A stretch of DNA of 33,149 nucleotides from Clostridia bacterium (GCA_017456965.1 JAFTIJ010000093.1:1-33149); one strand, 5' to 3'. Shown: positions 8,177 to 17,200, counted from the stretch's first letter. Numbers and translations: made by a program. Notes: generated by a model not told the origin, from the sequence alone.

Positions 8177-9154
8177 TTATTTTTTCAAAAAATCCTCACA
8201 GAAGTCGATCGCCTCGGGCGTAAGGGAAAAGCTCTTGCCTTTAAGGTAATCCAGCCTTGAAGCCTCGTCCTCCTCAAAGCGGAGCTTATAGGAGCAAAGC
8301 GCCTGTCTGTATTTGCCAACCGCTCTGTCCGCGCGGTTCTCGGCGTATTTGCCGTCGCCGACCAAGGGGTGTCCGATGCTCGCCATATGCGCACGGATCT
8401 GGTGGGTACGTCCCGTGACCAGCTCCACCTCCAAAAGCGCCTCGTTTGCAAGCGTCCCGATCACGCGGTACTTCGTTACGATATGCTTCCACTCCTCGCC
8501 TGCACGCTTGCCGCGCGGGAGTGTGCGTACGACCTCGACCTTATTGTCTGCACTGTCCTTATGCAAATAGCCCTCCAGCGTCGCCTCCTTTTTCTCGGGG
8601 ACGCCGTGGACACGGCAGAGATAGAATTTGGAGACCGTTCTCTTTTTGATCTTCTCGTTCATGATGCGCAGGGTCTCGGCATTCTTTGCCGCGATCACGA
8701 TGCCGCGCGTGTTGCGGTCGATGCGGTTGCAGAGCGCGGGGGCAAAGGACATCTCGTCCTCGGGGCGGTACTCGCCCCGCTGCCAAAGATACGCCTTGAC
8801 GTGCTCGATGAGTGTATTCTTTTCGCCCGCCTCATCGCTGTGCGAGAGCATACCCACGGGCTTATCGCAAAGCAAGAGGTTCTCGTCCTCGTAGACGATG
8901 CCAAAGGCGGGGCGGATCTTCTGATAGAGGGAATCCGACTGCTCTCTTTCCAGGAAATCGGGCGGGAGAAAGAGCTCCACGGTGTCGCCCTCACAGAGCA
9001 TCTGCCCGATCTCCGCGCGCTTGCGGTTTACCTTGATCTTTTTGGTTCTGATAAATTTATACATCTGCGATTTCGGCAGATTGCGAAAGGTCTTGGTCAG
9101 GAACTTGTCCAGACGCTGACCTGCGTCGTTTGTGCCTACGGTTACCTTCTCCAT
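8177..9154 (-). CDS. RluA-family (RluC/RluD-like) 23S rRNA pseudouridine synthase with S4 domain
   Basis: GQRLDKFL S4 domain, [14 protein letters not shown] (catalytic Asp), TGRTHQIR and GDGKY. Confidence 0.95.
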   Translation of the reverse strand: MEKVTVGTNDAGQRLDKFLTKTFRNLPKSQMYKFIRTKKIKVNRKRAEIGQMLCEGDTVELFLPPDFLEREQSDSLYQKIRPAFGIVYEDENLLLCDKPVGMLSHSDEAGEKNTLIEHVKAYLWQRGEYRPEDEMSFAPALCNRIDRNTRGIVIAAKNAETLRIMNEKIKKRTVSKFYLCRVHGVPEKKEATLEGYLHKDSADNKVEVVRTLPRGKRAGEEWKHIVTKYRVIGTLANEALLEVELVTGRTHQIRAHMASIGHPLVGDGKYAENRADRAVGKYRQALCSYKLRFEEDEASRLDYLKGKSFSLTPEAIDFCEDFLKK

Positions 9155-9169
9155 ATGAGCCTCCCGTAT

Positions 9170-10480
9170 TTATTCGTCGATGACGGCGATCATACGCGCG
9201 CCGTCGTAATCCGTCAGACGGACGCGGAGGATCTGCCCCTGCAGATGCTCGTCCGTCTTCATTTTGACCTCCAGCATATCCTCGGCGTGACCGAAGAAAT
9301 ACTCGCCCTCACGGGACTCGAAGAGCACCGTGCGCGTCTGTCCGATCGCGCGCTCGTACCGTGCGCGGGCGAGCTCGCGTCCGACCTCCTCCAGACGGTG
9401 TGCGCGCTCACGCTTCACGTCCTCGGGGATCTGCCCCTTCATCGTCGCCGCAGGCGTCCCCTCTCTCGGTGAGAAGGGGAAAATATGCATATGCAGAAAG
9501 TCGATCCTTCGCGCAATATCCACGGTATCGAGGAAGTCCTCCTCGCTCTCCCCGGGGAAGCCGACGATGATATCGCACGTAAAGGTCACACCGGGGATCA
9601 CACGCTTCATATACGCCACGTTCCCAAGCACCTGTTCGCGGTTATACTTCCGCTTCATTGCCGCAAGGACCGCGTTACTGCCGCTCTGCAGAGAAAGGTG
9701 GAAGCTTGGCATGATCTTTTTCTCTGCGGCAAGCTCGTCGCAGAAGGCGGGCTTCATCACGGAGGGCTCAAGCGAGCCTGCGCGTACGCGCTCGATGCCG
9801 TCGATCTTCGCCGCCTCCACCATCAGGCGCGAGAGCGGATAGCCGCCGAGATCCTTGCCGTATGCCGCCGCCTCGATGCCCGTCAGCACGACCTCGTGAC
9901 AGCCGCCCGCCGCGATCGTCGCGACCTCGCCGAGCACCTCCTCGGGCGGGCGGGAGACGACGTTACCCCTCGCCTTTTTGATGATGCAATAGGTGCAATG
10001 ATTGTCACAGCCGTCCTCGACCTTGATATACGAGCGGTCGCGGTAGGCGTGGGGGATGCTCATTTTCTCAAGCGGCGCGTGCTCCACGTCGCGCACCTCG
10101 GCGCTTGCCGCCGCACGCTTCCCCTCGCGCAAGAGCTTCACCGCCATCTCCGCGACGGAGAGCTTGTTGCGATTGCCGCAGACGTAGTCCACGCCCTCCA
10201 TGCGCGAGACCGCCTCCGCCTTGATCTGGGAGAAGCATCCCATGACGAGGACGATGGCGTCGGGCTTTGTCGCGCGGGCGCGTCGGATGATCTGGCGGGA
10301 TTTACGCTCAGATTCCGCCGTGACCGCACAGGTATTGATGATATAAACGTCCGCCTCGGCGGAGAATGGAACGATGGCAAAGCCGAGGCTCTCCAGCTCC
10401 GCCTCCACCGCATCGGACTCGTATTGATTGACGCGGCAGCCGAGCGTATAGACAGCCGCGCGCGGCATATTCTGATTCAT
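9170..10480 (-). CDS. mtaB: tRNA t6A37 methylthiotransferase
   Basis: TLGCRVNQYES, INTCAVT, radical SAM CDNHCTYC, HLSLQSG, HIFPFSPREGT and a C-terminal TRAM-like domain. Confidence 0.93.
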   Translation of the reverse strand: MNQNMPRAAVYTLGCRVNQYESDAVEAELESLGFAIVPFSAEADVYIINTCAVTAESERKSRQIIRRARATKPDAIVLVMGCFSQIKAEAVSRMEGVDYVCGNRNKLSVAEMAVKLLREGKRAAASAEVRDVEHAPLEKMSIPHAYRDRSYIKVEDGCDNHCTYCIIKKARGNVVSRPPEEVLGEVATIAAGGCHEVVLTGIEAAAYGKDLGGYPLSRLMVEAAKIDGIERVRAGSLEPSVMKPAFCDELAAEKKIMPSFHLSLQSGSNAVLAAMKRKYNREQVLGNVAYMKRVIPGVTFTCDIIVGFPGESEEDFLDTVDIARRIDFLHMHIFPFSPREGTPAATMKGQIPEDVKRERAHRLEEVGRELARARYERAIGQTRTVLFESREGEYFFGHAEDMLEVKMKTDEHLQGQILRVRLTDYDGARMIAVIDE

Positions 10481-10525
10481 CCTTTGGACTTCCTTTCGAT
10501 ATCGAAAATTTTTGCTTTTCATTAT

Positions 10526-10554
10526 ATTATATCATTGACAGATGCAAAAAGCAA
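10526..10554 (-). promoter_or_regulatory. Sigma-A promoter of mtaB
   Basis: TTGCTT-17 bp-TATAAT with TG extension. Confidence 0.7.
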
Positions 10555-10556
10555 GA

Positions 10557-11708
10557 TTATTTCTCCCAACACATCAAAAACCACGAAAAAAGACGGGAGA
10601 AAAGCGTACCGAAGTCGAGCCGCTCCACGGCCTCCCCCGCAAGGATATCCGCGTGTCCGATCTCCCGCCCGTCGGAGAGATAGGTCACCGTGCCGAGCTT
10701 CTGCCCCATGGCAATGGGCGCCTCCAAGCGCTCGGGCAGATCGATGAGGGGCACCACGTTTTGCGCAAGCGCCTTGTCAACCGTGGTCTCAAAGGGCTCC
10801 TTTACCGCCGTGACCGTGCGGGTAACGCCGCCCGTCACACGGATCTCGCCCACCGTCTCACGGGGTGCCGAGAAGGTGGCGTAGCCCGCGAAGCCGTAGT
10901 CGAAGAGCGAGGCGGCAAGCGCGTTGCGCGCCTCCTTGGTCGAGGAGCCCATGATGACCGCGATCAGCGAGAGCCCATTTCGCTTCGCCGTCGCGGAAAT
11001 GCAGAATTTCGCCTTGGCGGTCGAGCCCGTTTTCAGCCCCGTCGCGCCGTCGTAGAAGCGGATCAGGCGATTGGTATTGCTGAGGCCGAACGTACCGCCG
11101 CGGATGGTATCCATCCAGATCGAGCTATACGTCAGCACCCGCTCGTGCTTTAAGAGTTCTCGTGTCGCGATGGCAATATCCCTTGCGCTGATCACGTGGT
11201 TCTCCGTCGTGTCGTCGAGGCCGTTGGTATTCTCAAAATGCGTATTCTTCATGCCGAGCGCCGCCGCGCGCTCGTTCATACGCGCGACGAAGGTTGCCTC
11301 GCTTCCCGCGACCGCCTCCGCAAGCGCGACTGCCGCGTCGTTGCCCGAGGCGACGATCAGCCCCTTGAGCAGATCGTCCACCGACATTTTTTCGCCCGGC
11401 GCAAGGAAGATCTGCGAGCCGCCCATCGATGCGGCGTTCTCACTCACCGAGATCATATCGTCGTAGGAGAGCACCCCCGCGTCGATCGCCTCAAAGACGA
11501 GCAGCATCGTCATGACCTTGGTCACGGACGCGGGCGGGAGCGCCTCGTCCGCATTCTTCTCAAACAAAACCCTTCCCGTTTTCGCGTCCATCAGGATGCA
11601 CGCACGCGCGTCCACCTCCCCCGAAAACGGTGCCGCCGCATTCACGCGGTACGGCACAAATATCGTGAGCGCCAGAATACATAGCGCCGAAATTACTCTT
11701 CTCATCAT
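10557..11708 (-). CDS. dacF: D-alanyl-D-alanine carboxypeptidase (DacF-like, sporulation PBP)
   Basis: Signal peptide, SxxK (ASVTK), SGN, KTG and MGGSQIFL. The exact start among ATGs at 11705/11708/11717 is uncertain. Confidence 0.85.
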   Translation of the reverse strand: MMRRVISALCILALTIFVPYRVNAAAPFSGEVDARACILMDAKTGRVLFEKNADEALPPASVTKVMTMLLVFEAIDAGVLSYDDMISVSENAASMGGSQIFLAPGEKMSVDDLLKGLIVASGNDAAVALAEAVAGSEATFVARMNERAAALGMKNTHFENTNGLDDTTENHVISARDIAIATRELLKHERVLTYSSIWMDTIRGGTFGLSNTNRLIRFYDGATGLKTGSTAKAKFCISATAKRNGLSLIAVIMGSSTKEARNALAASLFDYGFAGYATFSAPRETVGEIRVTGGVTRTVTAVKEPFETTVDKALAQNVVPLIDLPERLEAPIAMGQKLGTVTYLSDGREIGHADILAGEAVERLDFGTLFSRLFSWFLMCWEK

Positions 11709-11738
11709 CGTATCCATCCCCCTCAAGGCTTTTCTTCA

Positions 11739-11767
11739 TATGTATGAATACGAAAGCGACTTTATGC
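11739..11767 (-). promoter_or_regulatory. Sporulation sigma (E/G-like) promoter of dacF
   Basis: GCATAAA-14 bp-CATACATA. Confidence 0.6.
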
Positions 11768-11791
11768 CGCACAAGTGCCTGCGGCATAAAC

Positions 11792-11897
11792 AAAAAAGCG
11801 GGCAACGCCCGCAGGAAGGTGCTCGCCTATCGTAGCTTTCCGCGCAGACAAGCACGGCATAACGGCGAGGTCTGTTTTGCGCAATTTCCTATAGGGC
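11792..11897 (-). repeat. 95-bp structured repeat family C, copy 1 (core 11798-11892)
   Basis: gcgggcNNNgcccgc-N8-gctcgcctatcgtagctttccgcgcagacaagcacggcataacggcgaggt-N9-gcaatttcctat, aligning to four other copies without gaps. Confidence 0.95.
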
Positions 11898-11929
11898 AAA
11901 AAATATGCCCTCCCGTACGGGAGGGCATA
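11898..11929 (-). terminator. Intrinsic terminator of the HPr-like gene
   Basis: 12-bp IR tatgccctcccg/cgggagggcata followed by TTTTTT on the minus strand. Confidence 0.85.
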
Positions 11930-11949
11930 GATTTCAGAAATACGAATTA

Positions 11950-12186
11950 TCAGTCAACGATGTAAGCTTTGATTTCTTCCATGAGCTTGTCGCAGCTTTC
12001 AGCGTATGCAGTCAGAGTGATGGGGCTCATGAGATCAAGGCTGAAGATACCCATAATAGACTTTGCATCAACAACGTATCTGCCGCTGGCAAGGTCGATG
12101 TCACCCTCAAACTGACGAACGATTTCTACGAAATTCTGAACGTCCTTGATAGTGCTGAGACGGATTTTTACAGTTACAGAGTTCAT
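11950..12186 (-). CDS. HPr-family phosphocarrier-like protein lacking His15
   Basis: 78 aa with VDAKSIMGIFSL (Ser46 motif). There is no GLHARP motif and no His in the protein. Confidence 0.9.
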   Translation of the reverse strand: MNSVTVKIRLSTIKDVQNFVEIVRQFEGDIDLASGRYVVDAKSIMGIFSLDLMSPITLTAYAESCDKLMEEIKAYIVD

Positions 12187-12238
12187 TTTACTATCCCCTT
12201 TCATAATTTAGCGGACATAATTGTCCTATCATGATTAT

Positions 12239-12267
12239 ATGATACCAATTTTCGCATGAAAAGTCAA
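12239..12267 (-). promoter_or_regulatory. Sigma-A promoter of the HPr-like gene
   Basis: TTGACT-17 bp-TATCAT with TG extension. Confidence 0.7.
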
Positions 12268-12305
12268 TAGATATCATCAAAGTTTCTAAAATTTTCCTAT
12301 TATGT

Positions 12306-12830
12306 CTAAAAAAATGCAAGAAGCAATACCGTAAAATAGAGAAGATATACGACCCAGAGCGCGAAGAGGACGAGCGCGGCGGCGCAAAGGAGACTGATGC
12401 GATGCACGAAAAGCAAGAGCACCGCGACCCCGAGCAGGATCACCCCGCATAAAAGAGCACCGAGCAAGAAGCTCCCTGCCTTGCAGACAACGGGCGTCCA
12501 CGCGTAGCACAGAACGAGCAGACAGGAAAAGAGCACCAGCGCCCAGCGCTTCTGCATATGGAGCGCTCTCGTGTTCTCTCCGTAAAACGGCATCCCGAGT
12601 AAAATACCGAATGCCGCACCGAAGAGCGCGTAGGCGATAAATTGGAGCAACACCCCGAGAAACGACGGCAGAGCGGCGTTTGGAAGCAGAACGCAAGAGG
12701 GCTTACCGACGAGACTGACGGCGAAGATCGCGCCGAGGAGAACGCACACGCCCGCCGAAACGCCGAGCGTCACGGGTCGGATACAGGCAAGCTCCGTCTG
12801 AACGCGCCTTTTGATTTCACAGAATTTCAT
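12306..12830 (-). CDS. Five-helix membrane protein, TspO/MBR-like
   Basis: Five hydrophobic segments, an LP..ALP loop before helix 2, YALFGAA, WTPV and a C-terminal W..Y..YF pattern. Confidence 0.6.
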   Translation of the reverse strand: MKFCEIKRRVQTELACIRPVTLGVSAGVCVLLGAIFAVSLVGKPSCVLLPNAALPSFLGVLLQFIAYALFGAAFGILLGMPFYGENTRALHMQKRWALVLFSCLLVLCYAWTPVVCKAGSFLLGALLCGVILLGVAVLLLFVHRISLLCAAALVLFALWVVYLLYFTVLLLAFF

Positions 12831-12859
12831 GGCAAATATCCTTTCAGAAAAACTGAGAA

Positions 12860-12888
12860 AGTATATGCACACCGTCTGGAAATCATGC
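12860..12888 (-). promoter_or_regulatory. Sigma-E-like promoter upstream of the TspO-like gene
   Basis: GCATGAT-14 bp-CATATACT in the 62-bp gap after spoVFB. Confidence 0.5.
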
Positions 12889-12892
12889 CACC

Positions 12893-13450
12893 CTAAAAGA
12901 TCGGCATCAGCTGCTTACCCGCAAAGGCATCCATCATGGTCTTTTTTAAGAGGTCAAAGTCCGAGACCAGCGAGTACGGCTTCTTCTCGGGATCGTCCTG
13001 CCGCATGGGGACGAAATAAATATTTTTACGGTTCAGAAGCTGACCGATATTTTTGAGATTGGACGAGAGCGCGTCGTTGCTGGCGAGCGCGATCACGACG
13101 GGACGGTTGCAACGAAGCTGGGCCTTTGCCGCCATGGTCACGGGGCTATCCGTGATTCCCGAGGCGAGCTTGGCGAGCGTGTTGCCCGTACAGGGGGCGA
13201 TAACCAACATATCGAGCACGACCGAGGGACCGATGGGCTCGGTTTCCACAATGGTGTGCAAAACCCTGTTGCCGCAGAGCTCCTCCACCGTGCGCACGGT
13301 ATCCGCCGCCGCACCGAATCTGGTGTCGGTCGTGTAAACGCTCTCGTTCATGATCGGCAATATCCGGTTGCCCTCGGCAACGAGCGTGCGAAGCACCTTT
13401 ATGGATCGGGAAACGGTACAAAACGAACCGCAAAAGCAATAACCTATCAT
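12893..13450 (-). CDS. spoVFB: Dipicolinate synthase subunit B
   Basis: GSFCT, EPIGP, IAPCTGNTLAKLA.GITDSPVTMAAKA and QDDP.KKP.SL. Confidence 0.96.
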   Translation of the reverse strand: MIGYCFCGSFCTVSRSIKVLRTLVAEGNRILPIMNESVYTTDTRFGAAADTVRTVEELCGNRVLHTIVETEPIGPSVVLDMLVIAPCTGNTLAKLASGITDSPVTMAAKAQLRCNRPVVIALASNDALSSNLKNIGQLLNRKNIYFVPMRQDDPEKKPYSLVSDFDLLKKTMMDAFAGKQLMPIF

Positions 13451-13476
13451 AATTTCACTCCGATATTTATTTGTAT

Positions 13477-14325
13477 TTAAAAGGACAGACCCGACTCACA
13501 GAGCATCGTGAGCACCGTATGCGCAATGGCATAGCCCGCCGTCTCGGGCGAGAATCTGCCTGGCAGGGCGCGGGCAAGCACCGCCTGCACGCCAAAGGTC
13601 CGTGCCGCCTCAAAGTCCACGCCGTACGGCTCAGAGGCAAGCTCCAGAACGAGCGCACTCGGCGTCATCACGCAGAGGGGCTCGTGCCCGATCACAGGCG
13701 AGGGCACCGTATTGATAAGACACGTGAGCTCCCTTGCGCGGTGACAGAGCTCGGAGAGGGGAGCGGCACAGTAGCCGAGCACAGACGCCACGGCGCAGAC
13801 CTCCGTGCGTCTGGCAAAGACCGTCACGCGTGCACCCGCCGCACGGAAGAGCGCCGCGACCGCCTTCCCCACCCTGCCGAAGCCGACCACGCCCACGCGG
13901 GCGCCGCTTACCGTACAGGATAGCTTCTGCATCGCAAGCAGGAGCGCACCCTCTGCTGTCGGGATCGCGTTTGCCTGCGCGAAGTCGGGGCGCGAGGCAT
14001 AATCGAAAAAGCGCGCGTCGTCAAGCTCACCGCCGCCGAAGATCCGTGCGTGGCTCGGCGTGTGTGCAAGGATATCGGAAAGAGTTGGCGGCGAGGAGAG
14101 GGCGGGTGCCCACAGCGTACGGCCGTCCCGACTGAGCGGCACGGGCAAGAGCACCAGATCGCACGCATCCAGTGCCGCCGTAACCGAGGCACACGCGCTG
14201 ACCCCCTCGCCGCTCTCTCCCATCACACCGAAGCTCCTTACAAAAAAGCCGGACGAGGCAAGCCGACGCCCCGCATACGGCATCCGCTCATCACCGCCCA
14301 GCACCGCAACCGTATATTTTGCCAT
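13477..14325 (-). CDS. spoVFA: Dipicolinate synthase subunit A
   Basis: VLGGDER, NAIPTAEGA, GFGRVG, INTVPS, LAS.P.GVDF and LPG..SP.TAG. Confidence 0.93.
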   Translation of the reverse strand: MAKYTVAVLGGDERMPYAGRRLASSGFFVRSFGVMGESGEGVSACASVTAALDACDLVLLPVPLSRDGRTLWAPALSSPPTLSDILAHTPSHARIFGGGELDDARFFDYASRPDFAQANAIPTAEGALLLAMQKLSCTVSGARVGVVGFGRVGKAVAALFRAAGARVTVFARRTEVCAVASVLGYCAAPLSELCHRARELTCLINTVPSPVIGHEPLCVMTPSALVLELASEPYGVDFEAARTFGVQAVLARALPGRFSPETAGYAIAHTVLTMLCESGLSF

Positions 14326-14434
14326 AAAAACCCCCTTGCCGTAGCATCGCAATATTCTGTTCCGAGCCCATAAACCTCGGACGACACAAAAGCCAACATA
14401 TGCGTCACCCCGTGATTTCATGCACGGATATTTT

Positions 14435-14463
14435 CATTTTATGCCAAAACCTCATTCCGTGTC
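14435..14463 (-). promoter_or_regulatory. Sigma-K-like promoter of spoVFAB
   Basis: GACA-16 bp-CATAAAATG fits AC-N16/17-CATAnnnT(A/G); spoVF is sigma-K dependent in Bacillus subtilis. Confidence 0.6.
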
Positions 14464-14477
14464 ACGCACTTCTTTCG

Positions 14478-14701
14478 GCAATTTCCTATGATAAAAAAGC
14501 GGGCAGTGCCCGCCTCCATGTGCTCGCCTATCTCAGCTTTCCGCGCAGACAAGCACGGCATAACGGCGAGGTTGATTTCGAGCAATTTCCTATGGCGCAA
14601 AAAGCGGGCAACGCCCGCAGGAGGGTGCTCGCCTATCGTAGCTTTCCGCGCAGACAAGCACGGCAAAACGGCGAGGTTGATTTCGAGCAATTTCCTATGG
14701 T
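14478..14701 (-). repeat. Repeat family C: tandem copies 2 and 3 (cores 14499-14593 and 14604-14698) plus a 12-bp partial unit at 14478-14489
   Basis: 105-bp period; gcaatttcctatg occurs at 14478, 14582 and 14687. Confidence 0.95.
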
Positions 14702-14708
14702 AAAAAAA

Positions 14709-14910
14709 GGGGCTGTCTCACTAACGAAAATTGCAAAAAAAGCCTCCCCTGTGTAAGGGGAGGTGCCGCGGAACGCGGCGGAGGGGTTGTAAATAACATA
14801 AATCTTGCAGACAAACAATCCCTCAGTCGCTATCGCGCCAGCTCCCTTTGCACAAGGGAGCCTTTCTTTTTATTTACTTTTTGCAAATTATCCTTGAATG
14901 AGACAGACCC
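14709..14910. mobile_element. Nested palindromic/MITE-like structure containing a REP family A inverted doublet
   Basis: Outer IR ggggctgtctca/tgagacagaccc; middle IR ttgcaaaaa (14731)/tttttgcaa (14878); inner imperfect ~50-bp IR pair at 14741-14790 and 14815-14863. Confidence 0.6.
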
Positions 14911-14978
14911 GAATGCTTTTATGCTGTTTTTACACGATGCCGTTTACCGTGCTCTGATACACGGAGGGCATGGTCTGC

Positions 14979-17192
14979 TTACGCCATTTTGGACATCTCT
15001 CTTTGTGCCATGACGAGATTATAATAGATGCCCTGCTTCTCGATCAGCTCCTCATGGGTGCCGATCTCCGCGATCTTGCCGCGGTCGAGCACGACGAGGC
15101 GGGTCGCGTTGCGAAGCGTGGAGAGACGGTGTGCGATGGCGATGGTCGTGCGCTCATGGGAGAGCGCCGCCAGAGAATCCTGAATCTGCTTCTCGGTCTC
15201 GGTATCCAGCGATGCCGTTGCCTCGTCGAGGATCAAGATCTTGGGGTTGTGAAGCAGTGCGCGCGCGATGGCGATACGCTGCTTCTCACCGCCCGAGAGC
15301 GTACAGCCCTTCTCACCGACCCACGTATCGTATCCGTCGGTCAGCTTGACGATGAAGCTGTGTGCGCCCGCGATCTTTGCCGCACGGATGACGTCCTCAC
15401 GGCTGGCGTCGGGCTTGGCGTAGGCGATATTCTGGAAGATCGAGCCGTTGAAGAGGAAGGTCTCCTGCAAGACGACACCGATCTGAGAGCGCAGAGACTG
15501 CTGAGAGATATTGCGGATATCCACACCGTCGATCTTCAGCGTGCCCTCGTCCACGTCGTACATACGCATGATGAGATTGATCAGCGTGGATTTACCCGTA
15601 CCGGATTTACCGACGAGACCGATAAACTCACCCGGCTTGATCTGCAGATTGATATGTCGCAGAACGTCTACGGCCTCGTCGTAGCCGAAGGAGACGTTCT
15701 CAAGCTCGATACTGCCCTCCACCTTCAGATCCACAGCGTCCTTGGCGTCCGCGATATCCTCGGGCTCGTCGATGATCTCAAAGACCTTGGTCACAGAGGT
15801 CATCGCCATCATGAACTGACGGGGGAAGCCCGCGAGGAACTGAAGCGGTGCGTAGATCATGGTGGAGTAGGTCGAGAACTTCGCCATTTCACCGAGGGTC
15901 ATCGTGCCGCCTAAAATCGCGTTGCCCGCGTAGAAAAGGAGGAAGAACTCACCGAAGCCCATCAAGAAGTGCAGAATCGGGTTGATATACGCCCATTTGG
16001 TCTCGATCTTGAGCTGGGTATCCTTCTCCGCGGCGGCAAAGGACTCAAAGCGCTTTGCCTCACGGTGCTCCATGCCGTAGGATTTTACGACGCGGATACC
16101 CGAGAAGATATCGTGCAAAACGGTATTGGACTGAGAGGAACGCTCCCAGCTTCTGCGGAAGAGCTGACCCATCATTCTGCGGAAGAGCGAGAATGCAACG
16201 AAGATCAGCGGCATCGGCAGGATGATCAGAAGCGCCAGACGGTAGTCGTACAGGAAAAGCACGGTACCGACCGCGATAAAGAGCATGACCTGCTCCAAAA
16301 GCCGCGCCATTTCGTTGACCACGAACATACGGATACGGCCCGTATCCGAGGAGACGCGGTTCATCAGCTCACCGGCCGTGCGCTTGGAGATGCGCGAGAT
16401 CGAGAGACGCTGGATCTTTTCAAAGACGATATTTCTGAGATTGTGTACGACCTTATTGCCCGCGATCAGCAGAAAATACTTCTGGATCGAGGAGAACGCC
16501 CGCTGCAGAAGCTGCATCAGCAAAATCTGCCCAAGCACGAGCAAAAAGCCCGTGAGAAGCACCGACTCGGGGTTCTCGTTCAGAATATAGTTGTCGGTCA
16601 GGTTCTGGCTGATCTGCGGCGCGATCAGGCTCACGGCAGAGGTCAGGACGAAGACCAGAATGGATGCGAAGATATACCACTTGTAGGGACTCGCCACACC
16701 CCAGAGTCGCTTGATCATCTTGCGCTTGCTGAAGCAGGAGAGGCAGGTCTGAGAGCCTGCGCGGTACGCGCGTCCGCAACGGGGGCATACCAGCTCCTGC
16801 GGCGCGTGCTTATGAAAGGCGTGCTCGTCGTAGCGCATGAAGCCGTTGACCGCCTTGACGGCGGAGGCGAGCTTATTCTTGTGGTGGCAGTCTGCGCGGG
16901 AGATCAAACGGCTCTCGCCGTTTTTCCGCGTATACTCCACAAAGACACAGCCCACACCCGCAAAGAAGCGGAACTCCTGCACGTCGGAGAGCGATACGGC
17001 GTGCGTCTCCTTGCCCTCCTCGTATACCGTACAGGTATGACCGTCCACGATCACGAAGCCGTCACGGGTGTTATCGTTCGTTTCGAGGTCGAGGTTATAC
17101 TCCCAGAGCGCGACGACGTCGTCCTCTGTGAGCGTAGGGCAAAGAGCCCTTGCGCGTTCATACAGACGCTTGTTCGTTTCCGTCAATGTCAT
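14979..17192 (-). CDS. Type IV ABC exporter half-transporter (TMD+NBD) with ~160-aa N-terminal extension and Zn ribbon
   Basis: Walker A GKSGTGKST, LSGGEKQR, ILILDEAT and IAHRLSTL. CPRC..CLSC lies before the TMD. Confidence 0.93.
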   Translation of the reverse strand: MTLTETNKRLYERARALCPTLTEDDVVALWEYNLDLETNDNTRDGFVIVDGHTCTVYEEGKETHAVSLSDVQEFRFFAGVGCVFVEYTRKNGESRLISRADCHHKNKLASAVKAVNGFMRYDEHAFHKHAPQELVCPRCGRAYRAGSQTCLSCFSKRKMIKRLWGVASPYKWYIFASILVFVLTSAVSLIAPQISQNLTDNYILNENPESVLLTGFLLVLGQILLMQLLQRAFSSIQKYFLLIAGNKVVHNLRNIVFEKIQRLSISRISKRTAGELMNRVSSDTGRIRMFVVNEMARLLEQVMLFIAVGTVLFLYDYRLALLIILPMPLIFVAFSLFRRMMGQLFRRSWERSSQSNTVLHDIFSGIRVVKSYGMEHREAKRFESFAAAEKDTQLKIETKWAYINPILHFLMGFGEFFLLFYAGNAILGGTMTLGEMAKFSTYSTMIYAPLQFLAGFPRQFMMAMTSVTKVFEIIDEPEDIADAKDAVDLKVEGSIELENVSFGYDEAVDVLRHINLQIKPGEFIGLVGKSGTGKSTLINLIMRMYDVDEGTLKIDGVDIRNISQQSLRSQIGVVLQETFLFNGSIFQNIAYAKPDASREDVIRAAKIAGAHSFIVKLTDGYDTWVGEKGCTLSGGEKQRIAIARALLHNPKILILDEATASLDTETEKQIQDSLAALSHERTTIAIAHRLSTLRNATRLVVLDRGKIAEIGTHEELIEKQGIYYNLVMAQREMSKMA

Positions 17193-17200
17193 CACCCCGC

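Noticed and set aside
11821-11873. Plus-strand resemblance to a twister ribozyme core (UA.CGUAGC..CCG..ACAAGC.CGG..ACG..GUCU)
   Set aside because: The cleavage-site UAA is UAU/UAC, no P1 helix forms in the twister register, and the AGAC/GUCU pairing is incomplete in 3 of 5 copies. G-U evidence favours the minus strand. An in vitro cleavage test would settle it.
14478-14701. Repeat C as a CRISPR array
   Set aside because: Units are about 105 bp with only 8-9-nt variable slots, there are at most two full units per locus, and no cas genes are present.
14400-14756. ORF with a 35-aa tandem repeat (KKAG.AR..VLAY.SFPRRQARHNGEV.F.QFP), echoed at 11744-11965 and 20214-20477
   Set aside because: It is the translation of repeat C. 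The 106-bp period of copies 4-5 breaks the frame, there is no RBS, and conservation follows hairpins rather than codons.
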